64,000 nucleotides of DNA from Fimbriosthenelais zetlandica (lineage: Eukaryota): assembly GCA_977030845.1 (NCBI GenBank), contig OZ365110.1, forward strand, positions 22,320,001 through 22,384,000. Reading direction: 5' to 3'. Position numbers and translations under genes: made by a program. The notes under the pieces were generated by a model. The model did not search any database. It was given only the letters and a program-made list of their open reading frames with translations, and had not been told where the DNA came from. This document shows, in pieces, positions 49,690 to 63,600 of the stretch; position 1 is the stretch's first letter, and every line of letters starts with the position of its first letter.

Positions 49690-51300
49690 GCGAGAGCCTT
49701 GATGAGATTATCAGAAATATATTCCTTTATAAAGAGGATACGCTTCATCTGGAGACGAACAGCACCGTTTGATCTCTTGCAAGTCTGAGAACCAGACCTA
49801 CCCTTTTGATGGTTCTTTTTATTGGCCAATAATTCATCCTATATGTGGACTATGTCTCATATAACTGATATATCGCTGGTACCAATGACTGTTACTCTTT
49901 CCTGGATTCTTCACTAAACAACTTACTCGGTGTTTCAATGTGGAGTAATATCGCCCAATTTGATTTGACACTGTTATGGGCCATGCTTATATAATGAAAT
50001 GAGACCTGGATTTCCCCTGGGGTGCCAAATGCCATCACTAAACCATTGCCATTTTAGCTGATGCTGCCCTAGTAATTTCCCTGTGTGTTTATTGGATATT
50101 TTGATTACACATATATATATAGATACACAATAAAATTAAAAACTGGTGGTTGCAGCGATATAACAATCATGCATTGTAATTGTAATGGCCACTTAAAATT
50201 CAGTGTGGTACAAGATCTGTACAGCTGCTTGAAATTTAAAATCCGTCTCAAGACTGTGCAACGGGCATTGAGAACAAGGAAGGAGGCAGGAGGCCAAGAC
50301 TATTTAAATTATTCCTTAATTTTCTCTGGTTATCAGATGACTGTCTCCTCATGGCAATCAGGACCTCAGATTTCAATGGACGCCACTGCCGAGCCTCAAT
50401 CGTTCAGCAATCAACGAGTGAAATCTAATTCCCCATCACCTCTCTTCACTATTGCATGGAATTTAGCCTCCAGTGGTTTGTAAGCATTTCAAGCTCGCAA
50501 CAGCTTTTTGATGACATTCTTATTTTAAATTCAAGCCTCGAGCTCACTCAGCCTAGGAAATCCCGAATAATTAGAGGAGACAATTTTCAATAGCTCCAAA
50601 GGCTCATGTAACCTCAAGAATGTCTTCCATCTAATTAAAAACCTCAGAATGCATTAGCTGCATTATACATGGCGGTATTAAGCTGAAGTTGGTCGCGGGT
50701 ATAAGAGGTCCCCTCTCCTCATCAGGAACATCAGACCCTGAAGCTGACACCTCAGGACCTGTCCACCATGATGATGTATTAGCTTTAGGACAGGCCCTCT
50801 GGTAGAATACCCATATTCAGGCTGTATTTAATAGACATTAGAGAGAGACTTGGGAGGAGGGTCCATCCTGGGAATGGGCAGAGTCACCAGGGCATTGCTT
50901 TTGCCTACCAGGACCAGTATTGATGGGAAGCCTAGTAATAGTTTGACATTAGGAGAGACAGGCTTGACATGATGGATGTGGCTGGTGCCACCCGCCTGGA
51001 CTCGGTCTGCCACTAGAAATTTACGGTGTGTCACAGTCATGGACCTCCCCTTGGTCTGGACCTCTCCCCTTGGCCCTTCCCCATACAACATTGATTTACA
51101 ATCTCTACTTCTCGGCCCATCCTCGGCCAATTTGCTACGATCTGCAGGTTGATGGCGATAAGGGGAGATCCTCCAGGATTCAACAACTTCTGGACAGGTT
51201 GCCTTGGGAAGGGACCATTCCAGTCGATCAGTCTAGATTACGTGGATATCAGATGGCTAAAGCAGATGACATTCTGCTATATAAGAGGGACACAGTCATA
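49690..51300 (-). mobile_element. Decayed Ngaro-like RNase H + YR relic
   Basis: DWNGPFP..PLIAINL (RNase H, ~51100-51250), FKFQAAVQIL, RGNPGLISL, YMRHSPHIG (cf. HSFRIG, ~49840) and LQEIKR..EAYPLY (cf. IKxxGRWxSxAYxxY). Confidence 0.42.
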
Positions 51301-52179
51301 TATGGCCTGCCAAAGTTCCAAGCCTTTACCTTAATGTTCCATACTTTTACCACCAGGTTAGCTCTTGATTTATTTAATAAATAATCCTTTATCAATGCAT
51401 GCACAATTATTTGAATTTTCCGATATCTGGAAATGCATTGGCAGAAATTACATTTAATTTTTTATCAAGGTTAAAATGTTGGGAACTAATTTGAAAACTG
51501 TAATAGAAAAAAGAATTATTTCCTCAGCAGGCCGTACAGATTAATATCGTGTCATGACGATGAAGGTTTTTTTTCAATTTTATAGTCCTCCAGTCCTCAT
51601 GATTTCCTCATGTTAATTTCTCATGTTTAAAATAGCATTATTACCTTGAAAAGAGCCCTGACTGAAAAGAGCCATGATTGTGAGGGAAAAAAGCATAATT
51701 GTGAGAAAACGAAGCAATACCTGACTGAAAACAATTTTGTGCGAACAGACTAAAAAGAATAGAAAATATATTGTCACTTGGAGGTATACGAGGTTAATAT
51801 TGTTTGAGGTAAAATGAGGAGGGACATGACAGTGTCACATTCCGTTAAGTCCAGGATAAATAAACGATTTTAAAAAAAAGTCTTATTCCTTGAAGCTAAA
51901 AGCGAGGAAAGACTATATAGGCCGATACTATATAGGGTAGTTAGCTAAATATGCGTGTATGTTGAAAACTCTTGAAGCGATGGTTAGAGCAACAAGTACT
52001 GTCTATATTCGCTGGTTAGAGCCATAAGAACAATCTGCCAAAAAGGAAAGTATAGGGAGAAAATACTTGAGAAAAACTAGGACAGACTGAAGGGAGAATA
52101 GCAGGGATGGTTAGAGATGTAAAACATCTCTAGGAAGAAAAGTATGGGGAGAAAAAGGTATGGAGGAAACAGTACGATT

Positions 52180-52390
52180 AGGTGACAATGATCTAACACC
52201 TGCAATGTGTGAGGGAACAGTCGTCCTAATCCATCTCAATCTGTCATTTACTTTATATACCGCTCCTTCACACCTTCGCCAGGTGTTAGGGTCTACCCGA
52301 GGCCACCCTCACAAAACTGACTGTCACCTCGCCCTGAGACAGGAACACCTGCCATATTATCTGTCTTCACAAACCTCACTCAAGTGACAT
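52180..52390 (-). pseudogene. DIRS/Ngaro RNase H relic
   Basis: VKTDNMAG followed about 45 codons later by SHIAGV, matching the TDNxxVV..HIxGxxN spacing. Confidence 0.35.
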
Positions 52391-54729
52391 CTGAAGAAAT
52401 TATTTTGAAATGAACTCTGCCAAGGTTCAACTTTGAAGTTTTGTCAATGGCCCCGGGATGTAGTTTTGTTTCAGGGGGATTTAACGCTGAGATCGTAAAT
52501 CATCCATTGTGAAACTTCAAAATGTCACTTCTCAGAAGATTCATGGGAATCTGTTTGAGGTTATATGACTTCCAAAATTGGCACTTTCTTGGCAAAAGAG
52601 CTGTATGAACTAAAGCTTTATATAGGGAAGCACTTTCATTGAAATGTCATTAATATTCTTCTAAAATTGAAAAACTGTTGTCCATTCTCTGTTCTAATAT
52701 TAGCGAAGTTATGATCTTCCAAAGTTGCATAGGGCCTACCAGTAAATATTTTGTATGAAAGCTTGCCTTGAGCCCGTTAATGGTAACCATCAGAGAACTT
52801 TTTTATGATAAAAAAACATTATGTGAAAACCGAATATTTCCGATAGACATCGTAGCTGTCTGGTGAAATCCGGCTTTCACAAGAAAAAGTTTTCCAAATA
52901 ACAACAAAAATCTGAGAAGGAAACCCTTTCCCACGTGAAGAGTTCTCCTTGAATGTCAGCTCACAGAGGAGTTGGGTTGACTATCTTTGGTGTCCCATGG
53001 AAATCAGGATGAAATGATTGAATTTACAAGTAGCTATAAAAAGTGAGGATGTCGCTTTCACTTTGTCCCAATGCCGTGGCATTGATTCCATTCCAGAAGC
53101 TGGTTCAATTTGTCTTTTAATTCGTCCAGATTTTACTCGCTCTTTCCTGTGTCAAATTAAGTTTTTTTCCGAGACAAGATCCTCATTAAAATCTTCCTTG
53201 TTACCATGAATTTTTCATATATTTTTGGGGGTTGGTATTAAATATTTATCTCATCGAGTCAGTATTTAAAATAGGAATTACTGCAGTTTTCGTTTTGCGA
53301 ATATTATTTTTAGAAGCAGAGTTCCATCTTTTATATCTGGTTGCAATTCATTCGTGGTTGTCAGTCATTGACAAAAGGTTCTGAATGCACGAGGGGATGA
53401 CTTTTAAGACATCACTCGGCAGCTTTGGTCCAGAAATGTCCAGAAGGGTTCTCATGAGAGGGGTAGCTTTTGGCGCAGATGACCAGGAAGCATTGGCCAC
53501 TCGATTTCTGCGGCGATTGTGTTACCATCTTTGATAACCTATGCAGTGTTGATGAATGGCTGACGGCGTGGCTGTGGCAGGGTCCTGTAGTCGTGATGGA
53601 TTGGAATGGGGCGTCAGAAGCCGCATCACACAAGGCCGAGCTTACCCTACTTGGATGAGAAATTGGAAGCACCAAAGAAACACCATGAGTATTCAAGCAT
53701 GTAAAGATTAAACTACTCCTCCCTTGAGGAAAAGGGGATTCGAGTTCACTGGGAAAATGTTAGCTTGAGATTAGCTTTTTTGTGTGTTTTATATTCCTTA
53801 GTGGTGCTTGCTAAAACTGATGAGCTTTTTGGGAGATATGTGCATTTGGGCGTATACTGAAACAAGAAGGGTTAACCCAGGAGGAGTTTGTGGAGAGGAG
53901 CTTTTTATCGGGGAATCCTGACGAAGATTAAAAAAAGTGTATTGGATAGGTAATCAGTTCTATATATGAAAGTCGTACGGTGATGAATATAAGACAAATA
54001 CCCTAAAGATTGCCTGGGAAGGATAAAAGAAAGTCCTAAAAATGCGTACAAGGTCAGGTTAATCTACAGTAGTATTTTTGTTATGGGACTTTCAAAGGAT
54101 CAGTACTTCTGTAAAATAGTTATATTGGATGCCAATGGATAAAAATAGAACATCCTAAATATCTACTATTGCCTAGAGATCCACTAGATCTGTCTGTTAG
54201 AGCTCCAATAGAGATCCAGTATGACAGTTAGAGATCCAGTACGTATACGTATACACTTGAGATCCAGCATTCTGAAACACTTAGCACTTGCTTTTATTTC
54301 TAACTGGCTTTAATGGAGTCAAAAGACATCAGGACTTCTCAAGGGGGCTATAATTGAAGGATCTATATCTACCATTGCCTTATCTTTATTGCACTTATCT
54401 TGGGCACTGGGGCCCAAACTGCACACAAAAGCAACAGTGATTGCTTCAAATTATCTAAAAAGACGGATGAAGATCCACTCAAAGGGCGTCAAAGAACAAA
54501 CATTTGGCAGGTGATGTTAGCAGACTGGCATGATCATTTGATTTGTTCTGCATCTCTCTTGCCTAGTGGTGCGTATGTATCGGTTTATTTAGACATACAC
54601 AGCCACCAATCCTTTCAAGGGATATAACTAATCCTTTCAAATCGTGTGTGTCTCTGGAAGTGGGTGGCCTTCCTTGTTCAAGCTTTTGATCAATAGAAAT
54701 CCGTTGCAATAATTACATGAATTTACTTT

Positions 54730-54786
54730 TCCCACAAGATGATGACCCATCATGATATTATCATGATGGGTCATCATCTTGTGGGA
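54730..54786. repeat. Perfect 57-bp palindrome (28-bp stem, 1-nt centre)
   Basis: TCCCACAAGATGATGACCCATCATGATA-T-TATCATGATGGGTCATCATCTTGTGGGA. Confidence 0.97.
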
Positions 54787-54799
54787 TATTAATATATAC

Positions 54800-56230
54800 A
54801 TTGAAGGATACACCAGGTCTTGGCCTGAGAAGAGGGTATATTGACAGGGACTTATAAGAACTGGAGGAGTAGAGCCGGTGGCTTACCGATCAATTTAGTA
54901 TGGCAATATGTATGCAACCCACAACCGGATCAGCATCGCCTCTAACAAAGGTGGTAGTCCTGGTAATTCTATCCATTTCTCTGTTTGAAAAATTGATGTC
55001 CAGACATCGTGCCCTTGATCGAATTAACCCTTGTAGATTGTTAGCTAGGGTGGTGGATGGGCATTCATGGTGTAAGTATAGGTTGGGCTAAATATGGGGC
55101 TCAGGTTGAAAGTAAAGAGGGTGAGGGTTAAAAGGACCTTGAGGCAATATTGCCGATACAGGAGCTCGGAGTAGGGCCTTGAATGGTATCGACTGGTCGT
55201 GGTCAAGGATTGCTGAAAAAGCTTAAAGAACCAAATGTACATAGTATGTATATGCACGTGGACAAAACATTTTGCCAAACAAGACTTCCTCCTCAGAAAC
55301 ACCTAAAATAGCCCAGTCTTTTTCCTAGGAAGCAAACATGTTTTCCGAAGCTGATGTCATTATTTGTTAGCCTTTGCTGAGTTTCCCGTATTGTCTCTTT
55401 TTAAGGACACAACATGTTGAAAAATCAAAAACTAAATGGTTCGGTACCATTTCCATCTGCAAATCCAAATGTCTGGAAACAAAGGTGTTTTGTCCACGAG
55501 GAGATGCACTTAAGTCTGGTCAAATTAGGAGATCCATCTATCATATAGATAATTATATGAATAGTGTCGACACTAGAATCATGCAAACGATCAAATTACA
55601 ATTATAACAAAGCCAAGAGAAAGATAATACAGTGTCGTCGATACTATCATACACAAGGAAGATCTGCGACAACAATTGTGTTAGTTGCTTGGAGCTTTGT
55701 TGTGAAAATGCCTTACGGTCCCATAACAATCCCCCGTAGAGCTCTATCTAGAATGATGTACTGCTCACTATTTATTAGTTCTATGAAGACAAAGATGAGC
55801 CAATGGCAATTTGATATCTGCATGTGTCTTCAGGAGGCGCGTCTCGTCATTTGAATTATAAAAGCCGAGCCTCACAGGCTCAAACATGACCTCTATAGTG
55901 TCTCCAATGACAAGGTAATCGGAACTGACGCTGTCTATTGTGAAAAGTATATAAGCCTGCATGACAGTCGGACGGATCCTCAGGGAATAATGTATGGCAC
56001 TTGGCAAGCGCTATAAAGAACCCATTAGTTTTACATGGTGTTTGATTTTCCTTGATGGGTGGACTGCCGGGCAACATAAGGGGTTTGTGGCCGTGGTGCC
56101 TGTTGGATGGATGTCTGGATGAATGGGTTCGGAGGGGAAGATTTACACTGGCAAAGGCAGCTAAGTGCAATGCTTGCTCGTGCAAGATTTACTTGTACCA
56201 GCATCGCAACTAATGGCCTTTTTCGCGCCA
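54800..56230 (-). mobile_element. Decayed Ngaro-like element (RT then weak YR)
   Basis: GFFIALAKCHTLFPEDPSDCHAGLYTF (cf. AKxDxxxAFRxxPxHPxDxxLLG) and SDYLVIGD..RLGF (ORFs 55880-56185, 55768-56007), then WFFKLFQQSL (ORF 55045-55302; weak YR match). Confidence 0.42.
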
Positions 56231-56599
56231 TTAGTCACGTTAAGTATGTATGAAATTTGATAAGATTTAGACCTGATCATCAAATTCTGTCGTGAGGGAT
56301 GTCTATGCATCACCCAAAGGGTTTAGGTTATCTATATCATGAATAATATGACATGAGGGACCAATTCCAGGGTAATACACTTGCAATGTTAAGTCCAGTG
56401 TATTAATTGTAGCGCATCTTTCTCCAGATAATTTCCCAGAAGCTCGTTTCAAAATAAATATAGGTCAATCATTACCATTATTAATGGTAAGGCTACTAAG
56501 TTATTTATTGGTTAATTATTTATTTTTTCATCAGTAGGTTGATTGGTTAATTAATTATAAATTTTACCAAACTTTACAGCTTTTCCCCATGTTGGCATA

Positions 56600-56950
56600 T
56601 TATATATAGTAAGTTGGTTCTTGCAGGGTAGGGACTAGAATACGATCTGTACATATTTGTTTTGAGGCTTGGAGATAGAGAGGAAAATAATACCATTGAT
56701 TTCCACTACGACACGCTGTTTACCCGCTCCGTGCCATGAAACTAAGCTTGTTCCGCTTCCCAATATTGGTCTGATATAAATGGCTTCTGGGCGATAATTG
56801 GGGAGTTATGTTGGTCAGTGACATTGGACCTCTATCTAGTCGATAATTGGGATAAAGGTTGGAAGGAGAAGTGTGAATATTATGTCTAACGGAAAGGCCT
56901 TGTGGGTGGTTATTTTGAAAAAATATCTTAAAGGAAATCAAATGGATAGC
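56600..56950 (-). pseudogene. Possible LINE RT relic
   Basis: Minus frame AFP..FIPI..PT*LPNYRP..LVSW..KQRVVVEING resembles LINE RT motifs with internal loss. Confidence 0.28.
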
Positions 56951-57229
56951 CTACGAACTCATTTTATAACAGCCTACCTAGTTAGCCACATTAAGTCCAG
57001 ATTTACCTTTTATTTGTTTTTAATTTAATGTTTTCCATATAATATATGAAGATTTTGTCTTAGGAAAAGACCAGTTCTTAACCATTAGTTCACCCTTCAG
57101 ATGATTAGAATGGCCCCATTAACTATATATGGTCAAGTGCTCAGTCTTAATGTATGGATTAAAAAGAGTACGTTCCACAGCAACGCCATCCGTGGACACT
57201 TTAAAAAAACTGTGGTCAACTCCCAGGTG

Positions 57230-57360
57230 AATCATTCACCAGCGATAGTCCAGGAAATTGTGTTGAAGGTAGAGGCAGCGTGTCTGAAATACTAATTAGG
57301 GGGACGCTAAGATACCAGAACAGATAGTACAGAGGATGGATGTCTGGTGGCGACACCCTA
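57230..57360 (+). pseudogene. Possible YR C-terminal relic on the plus strand
   Basis: AKIPEQIVQRMDVW resembles AGIPExxIQRMGRW. Confidence 0.3.
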
Positions 57361-57634
57361 TGTGCTCCCTGGTAATTAATGACCCTGGATAGTCCTTCAA
57401 TTACCCCGCAGTCTTAGCTCGAGGCTTTTGGCTTGATCCTCAGCAAACTTCATTTATTTATTTGTATGTAACACCGTTCACCCTGGCCAATATATCGGTT
57501 AAGCCCTTTAAGCATCAGACACGTAGTAAAGCACATGTAGGTATACAGAAAGATAGGAGGATTGAGTAAATGTCCTTGTATGTTAATTGAACACAGATTT
57601 CAAATGTATGTTCAAAATTGGTGACGAAAATGAG

Positions 57635-58730
57635 CTAATATGCACAAGACCACGATCTGATTACCTCCAAATTGCAATAATTGATGACATTGTGGATTGA
57701 GAGGAGGATAAAGAAACAAGTCGAATGGTTTGCAATTTGAGACTGGCATTGATCAGCAAATAGCTGTATTGCTGGTAAACTGCGCCAGATAGGACCTTCT
57801 TTAAATAGAATCAAATTCTCAGCAGAGTTTCTTTTGGCCCTGGAGTTGACCGAGAGTGGAAAATGGCTGGTGTTTCTACTGCCAAATGCACTGGGAACTC
57901 TAACCCACAGGCATTTGCAGAGGATGAGCCAAATTAAGATGGCTCCCAACCCCAGATCCTCTTCTCTCATTACAGGCAGAGTTACAGGGCTACAGGCTAC
58001 AGGATGAGGATCAAGCACAGGTCAAAGTCATGCAATTAGTTGGATTGGTTTTCTCTGGAATTCCACAGAGAAACAATTCCAGTGCAGTCCACTGCCGTGA
58101 TTTGATAAATTATTGGCGGAAAGTGAAACAATGAAACCTGACATTGACATTCTATAAACATTTAATATAGAACATGTTTATATTTTGGAATATTTTAGAT
58201 CTTTGTGAATTAGGATTTTACAATCGTATAAATTTATGGCTTGCTAGTTCACTTTTACTTCAATGACATTTATCCAGTAATATTATTGCAGTTATGTTTC
58301 GCCATTAAGTGTACTCAACGTAGCCAAAATAATTATTCATTTTAAACTGTTTCCTGGGACACATTGCAGGAAGAGTATACACAAATACATACTATTATAG
58401 TTTAATTACTTTCATAGAAGTAAGTGGCACAATCAAATAAAATGTTCCCTTAAGTAAGTCCATAAACCTGCACATTGACAAGAAATCCTCTAATTAGAAT
58501 TTAATTGTTGTCTGCTATAAATGTGCGTCTTGAGGGAAAACACATGGGAGAGAGAACATCTGTTTCTTCGCCGTCTGGAGACATTGAATTTCTATAGCTC
58601 TTACTTCAATCCTAGTATTGGTCGGATTTAGACCCTTGATCCATTGTGCAGTATTCACCTGAATTACCTCTTTTTTCTCCAAGTCACTGAAGACAGGAAT
58701 CCAATATCCAGGGTGTTGTACAACCATAGG
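57635..58730 (-). mobile_element. Decayed DIRS1-like RT/RNase H relic
   Basis: ORF 58515-58727 (HPGYWIPVF..EVRAIE..MFSLPCVFPQD) and ORF 57635-58018 (PIWRSLPAIQLFADQ..HNVINYCNLEVI; cf. PxxxLFTDAS..HINxLELxAV). Confidence 0.45.
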
Positions 58731-60099
58731 CTAAAGCATTGTTGTACAATACACTGATAAATTAAGAAGATGCATGATTTATCCTTAGTTGTTTCTTGGC
58801 AGTATAAAGGGCGTATTCCCTATTAGGTTATTGTGCAACTATATTCTAAAGCATTGCTGTACAATACCCTAATATGTTTGCTTGCATGGTTCTCTGCACT
58901 TGCACTCAGTGTGTCTCACCATTGAAGATCATCATCATGCAGGGGCCTGGCTAAGAAGAAAGATCTGCTGCAATAACCCATAGAACTAACATTGCCGAAT
59001 ATCTATGCACGCATTCGGACACAGACCCCAACTCAGCAATGTATTAAATCATTAGGCATGCATTGACCCATTGGAATTCTGATTATTCTGGTACACTTGC
59101 AGTGTGCCCACTAGACAAATAAGGCACAAACTATTGGAGACACTGACCTTTAGAAATGTATGGCTTCAAACATATAATGAAACCTGAAAAAGGTCCACAT
59201 TGCTCAGAATGTTAAAAGTTTAACACTTGTGGGATGTGTATAGTTTATTGCCACATTAATCTGCATCATTGGTTCAATCTTTTTTATATCTGCTCCCACA
59301 CTTATTGTACATGTGAGAGTCGGCAGCAGGTTCCTCACTAATATGGACAAAGTGCCACTCCCATGTCTTGCAATTTGGCCACTATTCCAGATTAATGTCC
59401 CAAAACCAATAGCCCAGCAGCCAGGGTTCAGTCCCAGACACCCAAATCAAGTGGCCAGTGTTAACCTTTGTTTGTCGAATAAAGAATAAAATCTAAATTG
59501 AATACTTTCCTCAGAGGGCTTCTGAGTGCTTATAATCAAAACCTCCACGTCTTTTATCACTGCTTGCTGAATGAGACAGACTGTTAAGAGGCCTAGTTTG
59601 CTAGTACACAAGGCCCCGGACTGGCCCTGCACTACATTCCCTTTGAATGCTCTAGTTTGTGGCCTCTGCACTGGGTAGTGCTATAGCTTGTCACATTACT
59701 ATTGATATACGGTCATGAATGAGTAGTAGAAGGGAGTGATTTCTCTCCCTATTTGACCCTGGTCATCCCTGGTCCCTTTATACAGTCTTTATGTTCCCCC
59801 AAAATGGAATTATGGCCGTACTGGGGCGTAGAGTAAATGATTGCTCAAAGCTGCCTATGGAGTAGTCAGCAATGACTATTTTAAATTAATTATGTATACA
59901 GTTCTACATGTATAAATCTAGTATTATACAAAATCTATAGTTAGGACTCTGGGACTGGATAAAGTTAGCATCACTGTGATTCTCCTTGTGGTTTTGTTAT
60001 TGTGCTTTATTCAAATTTACCTTCCCAATGACGTTCCATGGTCAGAGATGTCTTATTGATTTTCAGTTAATGAATAATAAGTGAGATGCATCTCCTTGA

Positions 60100-63000
60100 A
60101 CCAAGTACTCTTGTTTAAACACCATTGTTCCCACAAATGGGCTCCCTGTTCACTTCATCCTACACTCCAGTGCTCTAGAGTCTGGAAATGTTTCCCTTTG
60201 CAAGTGCCTGGCAACGCTTTGACAAATCCTTGTAATCGCAGTATCAATCATTACAAACCTTGAAGGAGCTGCTAGCAATCTTCCTTTGCCTTGCTCATTA
60301 ATCCGGCCAAGTCTGGAAAACGACTAAAACAAGCACTCCAATGTAGGAGCCATTACTTTTCTCATTTCCCATAATGTTCTTACGAGTAGCATCTCTAAAG
60401 GGCGAATTTAATTTGGATCCCAACCGAATGTGGCCCTGATCGGCCTAAGAACAAAACATGGTAACTAGAGCCCATCCCTTAGGCTGGCCCTTAAGAGCTT
60501 TGATCGCCATACGAGTTTTTATGTGAGCTTGGTGCTGCTGCCGGTGTTCATTTTGATGTATAAACAGGGAGGTAGGCATAAAGAACACTAAAATTCACAT
60601 CTAAAGATGTATGGATCCATATCATAAAAAGCTGCCTTTTTGTTCGTGTATTAAGCAAGGAACTAGGTAAGCGAGCTTGTCGCCTTTAGCATTCTCATGA
60701 GTATGATCATTTGACTCCCTGCCAACATGTTTGGGACTCTTTTCATTTCTGCATTACAGTTTAATTTCGTCTGGAGGATACAAACTTATTTCGATGAGTT
60801 TCAATTAAGCATCAACCTTCAAAAGAAATGATGTGAATGCATACAATTTGTAAATAAGTATGCAGTATTTTCGTAGGGAATGAAACATTAGTCTTTATAG
60901 CTTATGTGATAGAAAATCCATTATGACGCTTCCTCATGAATGGGGCCCAGTTAATGATAAGAAATGACATATTAAGAGGAATATGTTCAGCAGTAATTAG
61001 CAACAAGTTCACTGTCACATCCAAAATGAAGAGATGACAAGAGTAGTGGATCTCTATTGTTTGTCTTTGCTGTCTTTGTAATAATACACCTCTGTACTGG
61101 CGGATTGCATGTGGCAGGCTCGCTTTAGAGTGGGAATTGCCAGCCAATAACGACAGTCCCATGATTATCACTTCATATAATGCTCAGGTATATAGGTGTC
61201 TGAGGGAGGCCGGCTGAACAGGCAGGAAGGATAAGTCATTAATCAAATATTCAATGTCTATCTCAGGAAATGACCCACTTGCACTTTATGGAATAGTGGA
61301 CTTCCTTTGGCCTATGGGACATGATCCTCATATTTTCTTTAAATAATCTTTTTTGTATATCTTTGACTGAATACTAGGTCATGGTTATGTCAGGCTTTGG
61401 ATAGCATACTAAATGTTATATAAATTACAGTATAGGCCAACGAAAAGCTTATACCTCTATCGTTCAAATATTATATGGAATTATATACAAAAACTCACTG
61501 GATGTGGTCCTGTTCGGTACGTGGATAATCGAGCTAATATTTCCGTAATATGATGGTCTCTTGCGGATATTTGTACAAAAAGGATAACTATACCTGCCTC
61601 ATGCCCATGAAAATCCCCTGGGAAAATGATACACATTTTTGCAGGGAAAAGGTTCCTTGTATCCTATTCCCAGTACATGTTAACTGCCTATCTGGGACTA
61701 ACCGCCATCAATTACCCTGTTTATCCTGTCCCTAACAAGATTAATCCCGCCTTTGTGATTTGTTCCACTACTTGAATATCCGCCAGAGGTCGTAATTACA
61801 AGTGCCTCCCCCTCGTGGACGATGCTGGCGTCACTGGCTACGTGCTTGATCATTTTCTCATCATGTGAGTTCAGTCAAGTTTGTTCATCAATTGATAGTG
61901 GCGCAGTGGGGCAAATATCTTGGCAGGAGGAAGCATTTCGTGAATAATCTTTTGCCACAAGATGACAGCCCTGAGAATGTGTGACTGCATAGGGTCCAAT
62001 ACTTGCCTTTAAGTTTAAGTTGGTATGTGGATGAATAAATGTAAAAAGTGTTTTGGACCTTTCACTAATGTTTAACCTATCCTTGCAAAGTTCTAATCTA
62101 ATGTTCAGCTTGTCTGTTTATTGATATGAATGATTTCAATCATAATGTGAACAAGGGATGAAAAGGGATGATATTGCAACAAAGGTTTGCCTGCGGCAAA
62201 TACCCTAGTGATCTCAAGAATGTTGTGTATCCAAAGCCACCTCATGAAGGCAGACGAAAATCATTCCATCCTTTTGATATGAGAAATAATCTCATACTCA
62301 AAAAGACTTCCATCTTGATATCTCTCTTCTTGATAGCAGAGCACACATATATCGATCTGCCGAAATGGAGATACTTTATGGGAAAAGAAGTAGAAATGGA
62401 GAAATGTAGTATGTTCTCTATGTATATTCACTTTCCCCCCGAGAGTAAGCAAGACTTTGGTGTGGAGCATTGGCCTAGCTTGTAGGCAGGTTCCTCTATA
62501 GATGGGATCAGAAGCCTCAAGGTGGACATACTGTCTAATCATTGGAGGCAGCCTTAGGCGTATCAAATTGGTAGAAGCTATAACTCCTTTCTATTCCCTA
62601 TAGATTTATTTCAGAAACCGATAATATACAGGATCGATGTTACATTTTTAGTGTACTACCTCCGACCGAGTTGCATCAAGATCAGATTTGTAATGACCTG
62701 CTCACTGTAGATCTATAGTTCTGACTTAGATGATTGATTTAACTAAATTATAGCCGTTAGATGTTTCAGTAGAGAGAAAACTATTCCTAAATGAGATGAT
62801 TTTCTCTGGAGTTTGTGGAGACATTTGTGGAAGCCACCATGATTGTTTTATCTAAATATGGGATTAACCAAACAGAATGAGCGGTTTATTACCAGTGTTT
62901 CCACTGGAGGGCAACTTTGCTCAGGGCAAGCTGGGATTGGCGACCTCTGATTGTTTGATCAACAGCACGATTTTTAAAAACATGTCGACCATCAGATTAG

Positions 63001-63600
63001 TCTATAGCAGTGGTTATCATATCCAATCTTATTTTATAGTCAATATAAAATACTTGATAGCAGGTGTTTGAGTCAGTCTAATTAAAATAAAGTATATTAT
63101 ATTTTGTTGCTTAGATATTCTCCTCTGTCAAGAAGAAATCCAAAATGGCGTGTTTTATGACTTTGGGATACAATGACCTTGGCGAAGTGAGATAAGTGTG
63201 TATGGTTGTGGCTAGGCTAAAGCTAGCAGTGACAGGGAAGCAAGTGATGAGGATGAAGACGTCAAACTAATTGAAAAAAGTCGAGACACGAGAGGAGATA
63301 GAGGAGAGGATGGAGAGGAATTACTAGCTAGTGGAGGAGAGATTGCTTCTGTTACTCTGGTTTACCTCTCTTTACTTTCATGTCAAGGAGAGTAATTCCC
63401 ACAGCCTGAGTCTTGTCAAGTATAGATGGCCAAGGTAAATCTATATAGAGTGGATTTTGCCTGGCAAAATTTCCTCTTAGCTGGCATGACGCGGCCACGT
63501 GCCTGACAGGAGGGTCACACCAGATGAGCTGGCAGACGGCTCTCTGACAGCATCCCATAATATTCATGCTCGACATTACTGTAGACAGAGTCAAGGCACT
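60100..63600 (-). pseudogene. Several weak DIRS/Ngaro RT and RNase H relics
   Basis: ITRICQSVARHLQRE (~60180-60240), SPFRQIDI..DGSLFEYE (ORF 62261-62566) and QLIWC..VAASCQLRGNFAR (ORF 63352-63594). These are probably separate fragments with undefined boundaries. Confidence 0.27.
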
